The notes below the pieces were generated by a model. It was not told the DNA's origin. It made no database searches and worked only from the letters and a program-made list of their open reading frames with translations. From positions 38,520 through 102,519 of the forward strand of contig CALSRA010000028.1 of the NCBI GenBank assembly GCA_943788635.1: 64,000 bases of DNA, given 5' to 3'. A program made the position numbers and the translations under genes. This document shows positions 9,797 to 18,817 of the stretch, one piece after another (the first letter of the stretch is position 1; each line of letters opens with the position of its first letter). Source of the DNA: an uncultured Alphaproteobacteria bacterium. Its GTDB lineage: Bacteria > Pseudomonadota > Alphaproteobacteria > UBA8366 > GCA-2717185.

Positions 9797-10240
9797 CTAA
9801 AGGCTTCGGTTAAGAGATGCCGGGCGCGGTGGCGGTGCGCCTCTGGTGTATCCCCCGGGCGATGCGCCGGTATTTGTATAACCGGTCGCAGGGCTGGCGC
9901 TCTTCGTCACAGCATTCGCAATGACCTGTACGAGCTTTGCATTCATGTCGAGCGCGGCTCTGACGGCGAAGGCGTTTTCTTTTGCCTTCGTCTGAAAACG
10001 CGTCATCACCTGCTCCAGATCGGAACGGACATCCGGCTCAATGCCGGCCAGTGCGCCGGGTTCTTCCGCTGCCTGGCGTATATGCGTTTCGTAGATACCG
10101 GTCAGCGAAGCCTTTTGCTCCTGCAAGGGGGCGATGTCCGAAGCCTTGCCATTTTTCAAAAGCTCGATTTCCTCGGACATGATGTGAATCAGCGATTCTG
10201 ATACGCCAATAAGTTCATGGGCGCGCGCATTCGGGTTCAT
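9797..10240 (-). CDS. FlgN-like flagellar export chaperone (putative)
   Basis: The protein is 147 aa, helical, and has an ...EEIELLKNGKASDIAPLQEQKASL... pattern. It sits between flgJ and flgK. The assignment rests on context plus weak motif similarity. Confidence 0.45.
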   Translation of the reverse strand: MNPNARAHELIGVSESLIHIMSEEIELLKNGKASDIAPLQEQKASLTGIYETHIRQAAEEPGALAGIEPDVRSDLEQVMTRFQTKAKENAFAVRAALDMNAKLVQVIANAVTKSASPATGYTNTGASPGGYTRGAPPPRPASLNRSL

Positions 10241-10587
10241 TTCGTTTGCTCCGGTTGTTGCGTTGCGGAATCAGCTTTTTCCTGCATCTCCAGAATTGCC
10301 TTTTGAACGGAATCGGCAATTCCGATACCGCCTGCTTGCGTGATGATTTTTCCGTATTCCTGCAGCATCATCGAGCGGAAGACTGATTCGCCCTGGCCAC
10401 CGCCGAACATGCCGTCGGTCTTGATGCCGGTGTACATCTGCTCGATATATTGACCGATGAAGAATGCCTCGAAGGATTCCGCTGTTTCGCGCGCCTTGCT
10501 GGGGTCGCTTGTCCCTTTCAGCGTCGGCGGTTGCGCGTAGCGAGCGGCTTGCTGGGTCAGATCGACTGTTCCGGAAATGTCCATCAA
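10237..10587 (-). CDS. flgJ: rod-binding protein (FlgJ N-terminal domain type, no muramidase domain)
   Basis: The protein is 116 aa. ...AESFEAFFIGQYIEQMYTG...GESVFRSMMLQEYGKIITQAGGIGIADSV is typical of the alphaproteobacterial rod-binding FlgJ/CheL family. Confidence 0.75.
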   Translation of the reverse strand: MMDISGTVDLTQQAARYAQPPTLKGTSDPSKARETAESFEAFFIGQYIEQMYTGIKTDGMFGGGQGESVFRSMMLQEYGKIITQAGGIGIADSVQKAILEMQEKADSATQQPEQTK

Positions 10588-11741
10588 AGCACCTGTATGT
10601 CAGCGTTGAGTGCGCCCGCGGCCTTAATCGCCTGCAGGATCGTGATCATGTCGTGGGGCCCGATTCCCAGAGAATTGAGCCCGTTGACCAGTTCCTGCAG
10701 GCTGACGCCGGTATTGAGCACCGTCAGTTTCTTGTCGCCACCTTCATCAATCGTAATTTCCGTACGCGGCACGACTTCCGTGGTTCCGGTGTTGGCAAAG
10801 GGAAGGGGCTGGGAGACCTGCGGGGTTTCCGTTACCCGGATGGTCAGTGCGCCTTGCGCGATTGCAACAGGGTTGATGCGAACATTCTCACCCATAACGA
10901 TGGTGCCGGATTGTTCGTCGATAACGACCTTGGCAATCTGATCGGGTTCGACCCGCAGTTGTTCGATGTCGGTGATCAGTTCAATTATTTCGCCCTTGTA
11001 GTTTTCAGGCGTTTTCATCACGACGGTTGCCGGGTCGGTTGCGCGGGCGGCAGGGAGGCCGACGAACGCATTGATAGCGCGTGATATTCTGCGGGCGGTC
11101 GTGAAGTCCGGATTACGCAGCGAGAGCTTGATTTGCTTCCGGTTCGCCAGCTGGAAGGGAATTTCGCGCTCAATGATTGCGCCATTGGCGATGCGCCCGC
11201 TGGTTGGAACGCCCTTGATGACGGTCTCCGCCGCGCCGCCTGCAGCGAAGCCGCCAACCGCTATTGTTCCTTGGGCGACGGCATAAATTTCGCCGTCGGC
11301 GCCGACCAGTGGTGTCACCAGCAGGGTCCCGCCGAGCAGGTTATCGGCATCGCCGAGCGCCGATACGGTTACGTCAATATTCGTACCCTGATTCGAAAAC
11401 GGGGGGAGTGACGCTGTGACCATGACAGCGGCAACATTGGCCGTCGTCAGGGCGTCATCACGTGCGTTAACGCCGAGCCTTTCGAGCATGCCGATCAGGC
11501 TCTCGCGGGTGAAAATGGCGCTGCTCAGGCTATCGCCGGTGCCATTCAATCCAACGACGAGACCATAGCCGACGAGTTGGTTGGAACGGACGCCTTCGAA
11601 GAAAACGATGTCCTTAATTCGCGATTGGCCCATGGCCGAAGCGTGTACGAACAGAACCAGGAGCACGAGGACAGCCACGAAAAGGCTCAGCTGGCCCTGT
11701 ATGGTGACCCCTGCGCGCAGTATGTCTCGTCTGTTTGTCAT
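10584..11741 (-). CDS. flgI: flagellar P-ring protein FlgI
   Basis: I chose the start at the ATG 11741-11739 (MTNRRDILRAG... with a signal peptide ...HASAMG). RIKDIVFFEGVRSNQLVGYGLVVGLNGTGD is the FlgI signature. The tracked ORF extends further upstream but without homology. Confidence 0.9.
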   Translation of the reverse strand: MTNRRDILRAGVTIQGQLSLFVAVLVLLVLFVHASAMGQSRIKDIVFFEGVRSNQLVGYGLVVGLNGTGDSLSSAIFTRESLIGMLERLGVNARDDALTTANVAAVMVTASLPPFSNQGTNIDVTVSALGDADNLLGGTLLVTPLVGADGEIYAVAQGTIAVGGFAAGGAAETVIKGVPTSGRIANGAIIEREIPFQLANRKQIKLSLRNPDFTTARRISRAINAFVGLPAARATDPATVVMKTPENYKGEIIELITDIEQLRVEPDQIAKVVIDEQSGTIVMGENVRINPVAIAQGALTIRVTETPQVSQPLPFANTGTTEVVPRTEITIDEGGDKKLTVLNTGVSLQELVNGLNSLGIGPHDMITILQAIKAAGALNADIQVL

Positions 11742-11785
11742 TCCGGCCTTCAACTTCGGATTAAGAGAGATTTCGCTATAGCTGT

Positions 11786-11801
11786 AGCGAAAGCCGTGCC
11801 A
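11786..11801 (-). promoter_or_regulatory. putative sigma-54 (-24/-12) promoter of the flgI operon
   Basis: The minus strand reads TGGCACGGCTTTCGCT, with the GG and GC elements at canonical 12-nt spacing, about 45 nt upstream of the flgI ATG. Confidence 0.45.
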
Positions 11802-12006
11802 ACGGGCGTCGAAAATAAGGTGTTGAAATGATGGGTTTAATTGTTGGGTCTGGAATGTTGCCAATTGACACGGTGCCGTTATCGGCAAGCGGTGCCGGTA
11901 AGCCCGGCAAAGATTTCCGTGAGTGGGGAGATGGGGAACCTGTGCAGTCGTGGTTGTAATTTGAAATAAGGTTCCGTTGCCTGCTGAAAAACAGTAAGCT
12001 GTGTGT

Positions 12007-12432
12007 ATGAAAATTGATTCCTCAGGCAGGGTTCGCCCTTCGGCGGGCGGCGCGAAAGGCAAAGCAGGAAAGGTTGAAAAGGGGAGCGGGTTTACCGATC
12101 ACCTTTCACCGCAAACGGATTCCGTTGCCTCGGTTGCCTCTTCGTCACCGACGCAAAGCGTCGACGCTTTGCTGGCAATACAGGGCGTCCCGGATGCAAC
12201 GACGGGGCGGGCGAATGCGCGGGCCCGGCAGTGGGGCAATGACGCGCTTGATCAGCTTGAGCAGATACAGACCGATTTGCTTTTGGGTGGGATTCCCAAG
12301 GGGCGCCTCATGAACCTGGCACGGATGGTTCAGGAACGCCGGGAGCATGCTGCTGATCCGGCTCTGACCAGCCTGCTTGACGACATTGAATTGCGGGTCC
12401 GTGTCGAAATTGCAAAATACGAGCCGCGCTAG
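12007..12432 (+). CDS. fliX: flagellar assembly regulator FliX
   Basis: The N-terminus MKIDSSGRVRPSAGGAKGKAG..., ...SVDALLAIQGV... and the C-terminal ...DPALTSLLDDIELRVRVEIAKYE follow the Caulobacter FliX pattern. The gene is divergent from flgI, as in Caulobacter. Confidence 0.75.
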   Translation: MKIDSSGRVRPSAGGAKGKAGKVEKGSGFTDHLSPQTDSVASVASSSPTQSVDALLAIQGVPDATTGRANARARQWGNDALDQLEQIQTDLLLGGIPKGRLMNLARMVQERREHAADPALTSLLDDIELRVRVEIAKYEPR

Positions 12433-12551
12433 GGTCTTCGGGCCGTCTAAAACTGCCAAAAATGTACTTTCGTTTCCGGGGCTTGCAGGACCGTTGCGCG
12501 CGAATATATAGTGCGCGCCGGTTTTGTGAACATACCCGTGGAGCGAAACAC

Positions 12552-12968
12552 ATGTACCCAACGCTTCCGCCAGACTATCGGCCATCGGAAGACGAAGAGT
12601 TTATGAATCCCCTGCAACAGGAGTATTTTCGCCAAAAATTGATGCAGTGGCGTCGACAACTTTTGAAGGATACCGGGGATACCCGTACCAATTTGAAAGA
12701 AGAAAACCTGGCGGAACCTGATCTTGCGGATCGGGCGACGTTGGAAACCGACCGGTCTCTCGAACTTCGAACGCGGGATCGGCAGCGCAAATTGATCAAC
12801 AAGATTGATTCCGCGTTGCGACGAATAGAGGACGGTTCGTACGGATATTGCGAAGAAACGGAGAATCCGATTTCCCTGCGACGACTGGAGGCGCGACCGA
12901 TCGCGACGCTGACCATTGAAGCGCAGGAAATGCATGAACGGATGGAACGGACCCACCGTGACGATTGA
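12552..12968 (+). CDS. dksA: DksA-family RNA polymerase-binding factor, Zn-finger-degenerate type
   Basis: The start is at MYPTLPPDY. ...DRATLETDRSLELRTRDRQRKLINKIDSALRRIEDGSYGYCEETENPISLRRLEARPIATLTIEAQ retains only one of the four canonical Cys residues. Confidence 0.8.
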   Translation: MYPTLPPDYRPSEDEEFMNPLQQEYFRQKLMQWRRQLLKDTGDTRTNLKEENLAEPDLADRATLETDRSLELRTRDRQRKLINKIDSALRRIEDGSYGYCEETENPISLRRLEARPIATLTIEAQEMHERMERTHRDD

Positions 12969-13082
12969 GTAACGCGATAAACCGTTCGCGGTATATTCGT
13001 TGCTAAGCTGACGCCTCGCGTGTCATGGCGCGGAAGTTTCTGCGTATCGGTTCTTGCCCTAAACGGTAGCGCCGGGCAGGTG

Positions 13083-13844
13083 CTAGAAGGGGAAGATGAT
13101 ATCTATCAGCTGATTGCCGTACCGGGGTTGCTGGAAGTCCGATAATTGGCCGCGTCCGCCGTAAGATACGCGTAATTCCGCAATCTGTTCATGCGGGATT
13201 GTATTCGAGTTGGTTATATCCTGCGGTCGAATGACACCGGCGAGCTGGATCTCGCGGACTTCGAAATTTACCCGAATTTCCTGACGGCCATGCAGAACCA
13301 GGTTTCCATTCGGCAGCACCTGGGTAATGACCGCAGCGACCTGCAAGGTAATTTGTTCATCACGCGCGATTGTGCCATTGCCGTTGTTTGAAGTGGCGCT
13401 GTTGACGTTGAGCAGATTGGCGGGGTCGACAGCTTGAGGAAGCAGCCGGTTCAATGCGGCCTGATATCCGAGCAGGGCACTGGCGTCTGCATCTTCGGTA
13501 CTGGCGCGGGTTCGTTCGGTTTCATTCTCCAGATCGGCCTGATCATCCACTTCAACGACGACAGTGACGATATCGCCAACCTGTGCTGCGCGGAGATCCT
13601 TGAAAAACGCACGTGATCCAGTCCGCCACAGAGAATTCGGATTATGCCGCGCGAGTATTGGCGCCGGCATCGGCATGCTGACTGGTTTGTATGTTTGCGT
13701 CTGTGTCGGGTTTTGAATATCCGACATTGTCGGTGCTTCGCCGACACCAGATAGACGACTCAATGCGTTGCATCCTGACAGGGCGACGCCAATAACGGCG
13801 AGGCAAAAAAACCGTGTGACATTCGAAGTATGGATCGCGGTCAT
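13083..13844 (-). CDS. flgH: flagellar L-ring lipoprotein FlgH
   Basis: The protein is 253 aa with the lipobox VALSGC, and the C-terminal ...RVSYGGRGQLSDFQQPRYGNQLIDIIFPF is the FlgH signature. Confidence 0.9.
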   Translation of the reverse strand: MTAIHTSNVTRFFCLAVIGVALSGCNALSRLSGVGEAPTMSDIQNPTQTQTYKPVSMPMPAPILARHNPNSLWRTGSRAFFKDLRAAQVGDIVTVVVEVDDQADLENETERTRASTEDADASALLGYQAALNRLLPQAVDPANLLNVNSATSNNGNGTIARDEQITLQVAAVITQVLPNGNLVLHGRQEIRVNFEVREIQLAGVIRPQDITNSNTIPHEQIAELRVSYGGRGQLSDFQQPRYGNQLIDIIFPF

Positions 13845-13852
13845 TTTGAATC

Positions 13853-14812
13853 CTATTGCAGGGCAATGTTGTTGAGGGTGGATACGGCGACGCGTTTGTC
13901 ACCGATAACGACGGCACTGATAATCTTGCCGCTGTTGCTGTTCTGAACCCGGACGACGTCGCCCTTGGCGCCATTCTGGAGGGCCTTGCCCAATGCTGTG
14001 AGCTGCAGGAGCGGGGTCGTCAAAGCGATTGTGACCTGCTTCCCACGGGTTACAAGAATAGGCGGCTGTACTTCATCATCGCGAATGGCGCGGTCAGATG
14101 CGATCTGGCGCCGCGGACTTTGACCGATGAGCGTTTCGAGGTCGGTGATTGTCCGAGAGTCAACGGTATCAAGGCGGACGGTTTTCCATTCGATGTCACG
14201 GTTACCGATGATGTCATTGCGATTCAATCGACGAACGAGTGTCGGTATCTGGGTCATGGGAAATGCGGAGCCTGTGATTACGGCACGGACGGCACCAGGC
14301 CTGTCGTCAGGCGCAAAGACGCGGGCTGTAAATCGCCGGCTGCGCGTATCGTATGAAATCGACTGGGTTCTGATTTCTCCCGGCATCTTGAACGGCAGAA
14401 ACAGCCGCAATGCGCGACTGTCCAGTTCCATTTCAATTTCATCCAGATCGGCATATTTTTCTTTCAACGCCTTTGTCAGCGCTTCATGAATCTGGTCTGT
14501 TTCGATGATCCGGCTACGCCGTTCGACAACGGACCGGTCCAGCCGGCTGGTAGGGCGCCAGGAGACTTTGTACGCACGGGCAACCCGGTATAACCAGTCC
14601 GCTTCCAAAACCAGTGTGCGGCCCGCGGGCGGCGCGTGGGCAATGACTCGTTCCGCCATTTTACCGGCCCCGTCGAAGACATCCCCGAGTTTCACGGTAT
14701 CGCCTTCGATGAGGACGTTGTTGCGCAGATAGGCGCGTGGGCCTGCCTGCACGCTGGCAGCCAGAACGATGACGGCTGCGGCGACTGAAATGAAAAGGCG
14801 TCGTGCATTCAT
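13853..14812 (-). CDS. flgA: flagellar P-ring formation chaperone FlgA
   Basis: The protein is 319 aa with a signal peptide and a C-terminal SAF-type segment ...GKALQNGAKGDVVRVQNSNSGKIISAVVIG. It lies between flgG and flgH. Confidence 0.75.
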   Translation of the reverse strand: MNARRLFISVAAAVIVLAASVQAGPRAYLRNNVLIEGDTVKLGDVFDGAGKMAERVIAHAPPAGRTLVLEADWLYRVARAYKVSWRPTSRLDRSVVERRSRIIETDQIHEALTKALKEKYADLDEIEMELDSRALRLFLPFKMPGEIRTQSISYDTRSRRFTARVFAPDDRPGAVRAVITGSAFPMTQIPTLVRRLNRNDIIGNRDIEWKTVRLDTVDSRTITDLETLIGQSPRRQIASDRAIRDDEVQPPILVTRGKQVTIALTTPLLQLTALGKALQNGAKGDVVRVQNSNSGKIISAVVIGDKRVAVSTLNNIALQ

Positions 14813-14826
14813 GACAACAATCCCGG

Positions 14827-15612
14827 TTAACGCATGTTTCCGAGTACAGACATCATCTGGTCTGATGTTTCGATAACCTTGGAATTCATCTCATAGGCCC
14901 GCTGTGCGGTGATGAGATTGGATATTTCCTCGACAACATTGACATTGGATGTTTCCAGGAAACCCTGCTGTATCGTGCCTATACCGGTCGATCCCGGTGT
15001 GCCTGTCGTCGGCGTCCCGGATGCGGGAGTCTCGAGGAACAGGTTGTCACCAACCGCCAGCAATCCCGCTTCGTTGGAGAAAATGGCAAGGTCCAGTTGG
15101 CCCACATTGGCCGGCGCGACCTGTCCGTCCTGTTTTACCAGCACCTGACCATTGGGATTGATCGACACATCGACGGCGTCCGTTGGGATTGTAATGGCGG
15201 GTTCGACGATAAACCCATCTGCTGTGACAAGTTCACCGTTCGCGCTCAACTGAAAGGAGCCGGCGCGCGAGTAGGCGATTTCGCCATTCGGTAACTGAAC
15301 CTGAAAGTAGCCATTGCCATTGATGGCAAGGTCGAAGGTGTTTTCGGTAAGGGTCAGGTTGCCCTGTTCGGTTATCCGGTAAACGGCAGCTGTTTTGACG
15401 CCCAGGCCAACTTGAACACCTGCGGGTACAATCGTGCCTGCATCGGATGATTCCGATCCGACTCGTCGCAAATTCTGATACAGCAGGTCCTGGAACTCTG
15501 CCCGGCGCCGGGTATAGGCGGTCGTATTCATATTGGCGATATTGTGGGAAATGACCTCAACGTTCAGCTGTTGCGCCAGCATTCCGGTCGCGCCGATACT
15601 AAGTGATCGCAT
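14827..15612 (-). CDS. flgG: flagellar distal rod protein FlgG
   Basis: The protein is 261 aa. It has MRSLSIGATGMLAQQLNVEVISHNIANMNTTAY at the N-terminus and the C-terminal ...LETSNVNVVEEISNLITAQRAYEMNSKVI. Confidence 0.92.
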   Translation of the reverse strand: MRSLSIGATGMLAQQLNVEVISHNIANMNTTAYTRRRAEFQDLLYQNLRRVGSESSDAGTIVPAGVQVGLGVKTAAVYRITEQGNLTLTENTFDLAINGNGYFQVQLPNGEIAYSRAGSFQLSANGELVTADGFIVEPAITIPTDAVDVSINPNGQVLVKQDGQVAPANVGQLDLAIFSNEAGLLAVGDNLFLETPASGTPTTGTPGSTGIGTIQQGFLETSNVNVVEEISNLITAQRAYEMNSKVIETSDQMMSVLGNMR

Positions 15613-15623
15613 GAATTTTACCC

Positions 15624-16352
15624 TTAACTTTGCCGCAGACGCGTAAGCTTTCCGATAGCCCGCATCGCTTGGTCGTGGTCGGATTTAATAAGGTTTGCCG
15701 TCGACTGGTAGGATCGATGTATTTCGATCATGCGTGTCATTTCGACGATTGCCTGCACGTTCGATTGTTCGAGCATCCCCTGCATCATTTTGCTGTCGTT
15801 CGCTGCCTGGGGCTGCTGGTCGCCGGCGGCATACTGGCCATAGGCTTCGCGTTTGAGCGCTGAGTCGTCTTCGAACTCGAATAATCCAATTTGCCCGATT
15901 GTGCCGTTGTCACCACTGACGGTGCCGTCTGCAGAGATTGTCAACTGGCCGGAACCGACCGGTACGACAATAGGACCGCCCTGGGCCGTTAATACGGCTT
16001 CGCCCTGACCATTGACGATCTGTCCCTGTCCATCGAGCTGGAATTGTCCGTGACGGGTGTATTTCGCGCCGTCCTGCGTTTCGATAGAAAAATACGCGGG
16101 CCCGGAAATTGCCAGATCCAGCGCATTGCCTGTCGCCGTGATAGGGCCTTCCGACAGATCACGGGACATCCCGTAATCCTGCACGAACGAAAGCGACTCT
16201 TTCTGATTCGGCTCATCGACATATTCGCGAAAAATCATTTTTTCCGCTTTGTATGCGGGCGTATTCATGTTGGCGATATTGTGCGCAACAACACTCATTT
16301 CGCGTCGTAAGGCGGCTTGCCGGGATAGCGCGATGTATCCTGCGTTTTCCAT
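15624..16352 (-). CDS. flgF: flagellar proximal rod protein FlgF
   Basis: I chose the start at the ATG 16352-16350 (MENAGYIALSRQAALRREMSVVAHNIANMNTPAYK). The C-terminal ...LEQSNVQAIVEMTRMIEIHRSYQS fits the family. Confidence 0.88.
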   Translation of the reverse strand: MENAGYIALSRQAALRREMSVVAHNIANMNTPAYKAEKMIFREYVDEPNQKESLSFVQDYGMSRDLSEGPITATGNALDLAISGPAYFSIETQDGAKYTRHGQFQLDGQGQIVNGQGEAVLTAQGGPIVVPVGSGQLTISADGTVSGDNGTIGQIGLFEFEDDSALKREAYGQYAAGDQQPQAANDSKMMQGMLEQSNVQAIVEMTRMIEIHRSYQSTANLIKSDHDQAMRAIGKLTRLRQS

Positions 16353-16395
16353 TCTGGTCCCGTTCCTGAGGCTTTCAATACTCGAGAAAGCAGGA

Positions 16396-16412
16396 ATGCA
16401 TGGGCCATGCCA
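16396..16412 (-). promoter_or_regulatory. putative sigma-54 (-24/-12) promoter of the flgFGAH operon
   Basis: The minus strand reads TGGCATGGCCCATGCAT with correct GG/GC spacing, about 45 nt upstream of the flgF ATG. It sits in an AT-rich region divergent from fliL. Confidence 0.45.
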
Positions 16413-16658
16413 TATGGAAATATGAATAATTACAATTGAGTAGATGTCAGTATGGAAAACTGCTGCGCATTGAAATGCCCATTCCGGGAAGGCTTTGCCG
16501 GGCACTTCTTGCCGCAATCAAGGGCACGTCGCAGCGGACATTTCCATTCGTTGTTTTTTAAGATTCAAATATTATGATTTTTTTTGTAATATATGTTTAG
16601 CCGCTATAATAAAGATCATGTATTTGCACAATAACCGATTACAGAATTTCTGGATATC

Positions 16659-17199
16659 ATGAGTGAAGAAGCAGAAGACGTTGGTGATGACGACGATGTA
16701 GCCGACGGTGAAGAAGGCGGTGGAAAGTCGGGCTTTGGCGGAAAGAAGCTCGTTCTGTTTATCGTTTTGCCTTTATTGCTCCTTGGCTTGGGGGGCGCCG
16801 GCCTCTTTTTCAGTGGATTGCTGGATTCCATCCTCGGGGTTGAGCAAGTAGAAGAGGTTGAGGAAGAACCCAAGGAGGCAGAGGCTGAGCTGCCAGGGCA
16901 TTATATTGATCTAGACGAAATGCTGGTTACCCTCGCGGCGCAGGGGCGAAAACAGAGCTTTCTGAAAATGCGGATCAGCCTTGAAATTTCTGCTCCCGAA
17001 GACGAGGCCCGCGTGGTCGCGGTGATGCCGCGGATTATCGATAACTTTCAGGTATTCCTGCGTGAATTTGCGCGTTGAGGAGCTACAGGGCTCCCGGGGG
17101 ATTTACCGCGTGAAGGAAGAATTACTGTCCCGAGTTAACGCTGCGGCGCATCCGGCTAAGGTAAAGGACGTGCTGTTTAGGGAAATTCTGGTACAATAA
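16659..17199 (+). pseudogene. fliL: flagellar basal-body protein FliL, +1 frameshift near the 3' end
   Basis: The 139-aa frame stops at 17076-17078 (...FLREFAR*). The +1 frame continues RVEELQGSRGIYRVKEELLSRVNAAAHPAKVKDVLFREILVQ*, a typical FliL C-terminus. Removing one T from TTT at 17067-17069 restores ...FLRELRVEELQG.... Confidence 0.8.
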
Positions 17200-17304
17200 T
17201 TGCACAATTGATTGCCGTACATGGATTGATTGTCAGGACGTGCGACAATGGCAGACGATGAAGAAGAAGTTGACGACGATGCCGTAGCAGCCGAATGAGC
17301 GGCA

Positions 17305-18345
17305 ATGGCCGGCGACGACGAAGAAGGCGGCGAGGGTGACGACGATGCCGTGGCGGATGAATGGGCGGCGATGGCCGATGACGATGGAACCTCCGCCCGG
17401 GTTCTGAATCAGGACGAAATTGATAGCCTTCTTGGTTTTCAGGAAGGTGGTGATGGCGGTGGTGACCGGTCGGGCATCGAGGCAATCATCGACAGCGGCA
17501 TGGTGTCGTATGAACGCCTGCCAATGCTGGAGGTCGTATACGATCGCCTTGTGCGAATGATGTCGACGTCGCTGCGGAATTTTACGTCGGACAATGTTGA
17601 AGTCAGCCTGGACAATATTACGTCGATCCGTTTTGGCGATTACCTGAATTCTATCCCGCTGCCGGCAATGCTATCGGTCTTCAAGGCCGAGGAATGGGAT
17701 AACTACGGGCTAATAACGGTCGATAGTTCCCTGATCTATTCGATCGTCGACGTGTTGCTGGGCGGACGCCGCGGCACCGCGGCAATGCGTATCGAGGGGC
17801 GCCCCTATACGACGATTGAACGGGGCCTGGTCGAACGGATGGTCAATGTCGTGCTGGCGGATCTCTCCGCCGCATTCGACCCGCTGAGTTCGGTTACGTT
17901 CCGCTTTGACAGGCTGGAAACCAATCCACGTTTTGCGACCATCGCACGGCCGGCAAATGCTGCAATTCTGGCGCGTTTGCGGATCGACATGGAAGATCGC
18001 GGCGGCCGGCTCGAGCTGATGCTGCCCTATGCAACGCTGGAACCTGTCCGTGAACTGCTTCTGCAGATGTTTATGGGCGAAAAATTCGGTCGGGATTCGA
18101 TCTGGGAAAACCATTTGGCGACGGAACTCTGGTTTACCGATGTTGAAGTTGAAGCCGTATTGGACGAAATATACCTGCCCCTGAATGACGTGATGAACTG
18201 GAAGGTTGGTACGCAGATTCAGTTACAGGCAAAACCGGACAGCGAAATTATGCTACGATGTGGCGCGGTTCCGTTGTTCACGGCGTCAATGGGACGGAAG
18301 AGCGGCTTTGTTGCGGTTCGAGTGAATGAACGTCTGATGGAGTAA
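17305..18345 (+). CDS. fliM: flagellar motor switch protein FliM
   Basis: The protein is 346 aa. It has the CheY-P-binding-type motif VLNQDEIDSLLG followed by ...YERLPMLEVVYDRLVRMMSTSLRNFT.... A possible longer form starts at the ATG 17248 but is interrupted by an in-frame TGA at 17296-17298. Confidence 0.88.
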   Translation: MAGDDEEGGEGDDDAVADEWAAMADDDGTSARVLNQDEIDSLLGFQEGGDGGGDRSGIEAIIDSGMVSYERLPMLEVVYDRLVRMMSTSLRNFTSDNVEVSLDNITSIRFGDYLNSIPLPAMLSVFKAEEWDNYGLITVDSSLIYSIVDVLLGGRRGTAAMRIEGRPYTTIERGLVERMVNVVLADLSAAFDPLSSVTFRFDRLETNPRFATIARPANAAILARLRIDMEDRGGRLELMLPYATLEPVRELLLQMFMGEKFGRDSIWENHLATELWFTDVEVEAVLDEIYLPLNDVMNWKVGTQIQLQAKPDSEIMLRCGAVPLFTASMGRKSGFVAVRVNERLME

Positions 18346-18350
18346 CGATC

Positions 18351-18813
18351 ATGTTTCTCGGTCAAATGGGACTTATCGTCGATGTGCTGGGCGCCGTGCT
18401 GATGGTTGCGGTGATCTTCTATGTCATTCGTCTGAACAAGAACCTGAAGACGCTGAAGGCGAACAAGGCTGAACTTGATACGCTTATCGTAGCCTTCACG
18501 TCGTCAACGAACAGGGCTGAAGCCAGCGTCGCACGTCTCAAGGTGAGCGCGACGGAAACGGCGACCGCTCTTCAGGCAAACGTGTCCAAGGCACAGGAAT
18601 TACGGGACGATCTGGCTTTCATGACAGAGCGTGCCGACGAACTTGCGAATCGGTTTGGAGGGGTCTATATCGGCGGCGCGTGGGGCTGCACCGTCGCCAC
18701 TGTCTCGCCCGAAACGGGCCGAGCCGCCGGAAACCCCGAAAGCCAACGCGGAGCAGGATGAACGGGGTAAATCCAAGGCGGACCTTCTGCGGGCGCTGCA
18801 GGGTATGAGATAA
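18351..18813 (+). pseudogene. small membrane-anchored coiled-coil protein of the flagellar cluster, +1 frameshift
   Basis: The N-terminal TM helix and coiled coil (18351..18761 frame) continue in the +1 frame as LEGSISAARGAAPSPLSRPKRAEPPETPKANAEQDERGKSKADLLRALQGMR*. Removing one T from TTT at 18654-18656 joins ...ADELANR-LEGSIS.... Confidence 0.55.
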
Positions 18814-18817
18814 CGCC

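Noticed and set aside
16616-17485. I examined the Ser/Thr/Pro-rich ORF 16616..16873 (minus) and the His/Arg/Pro-rich ORF 17177..17485 (minus).
   Set aside because: They are antisense to the acidic GAx/GAC codon repeats at the 5' ends of fliL and fliM. They are a compositional artefact.
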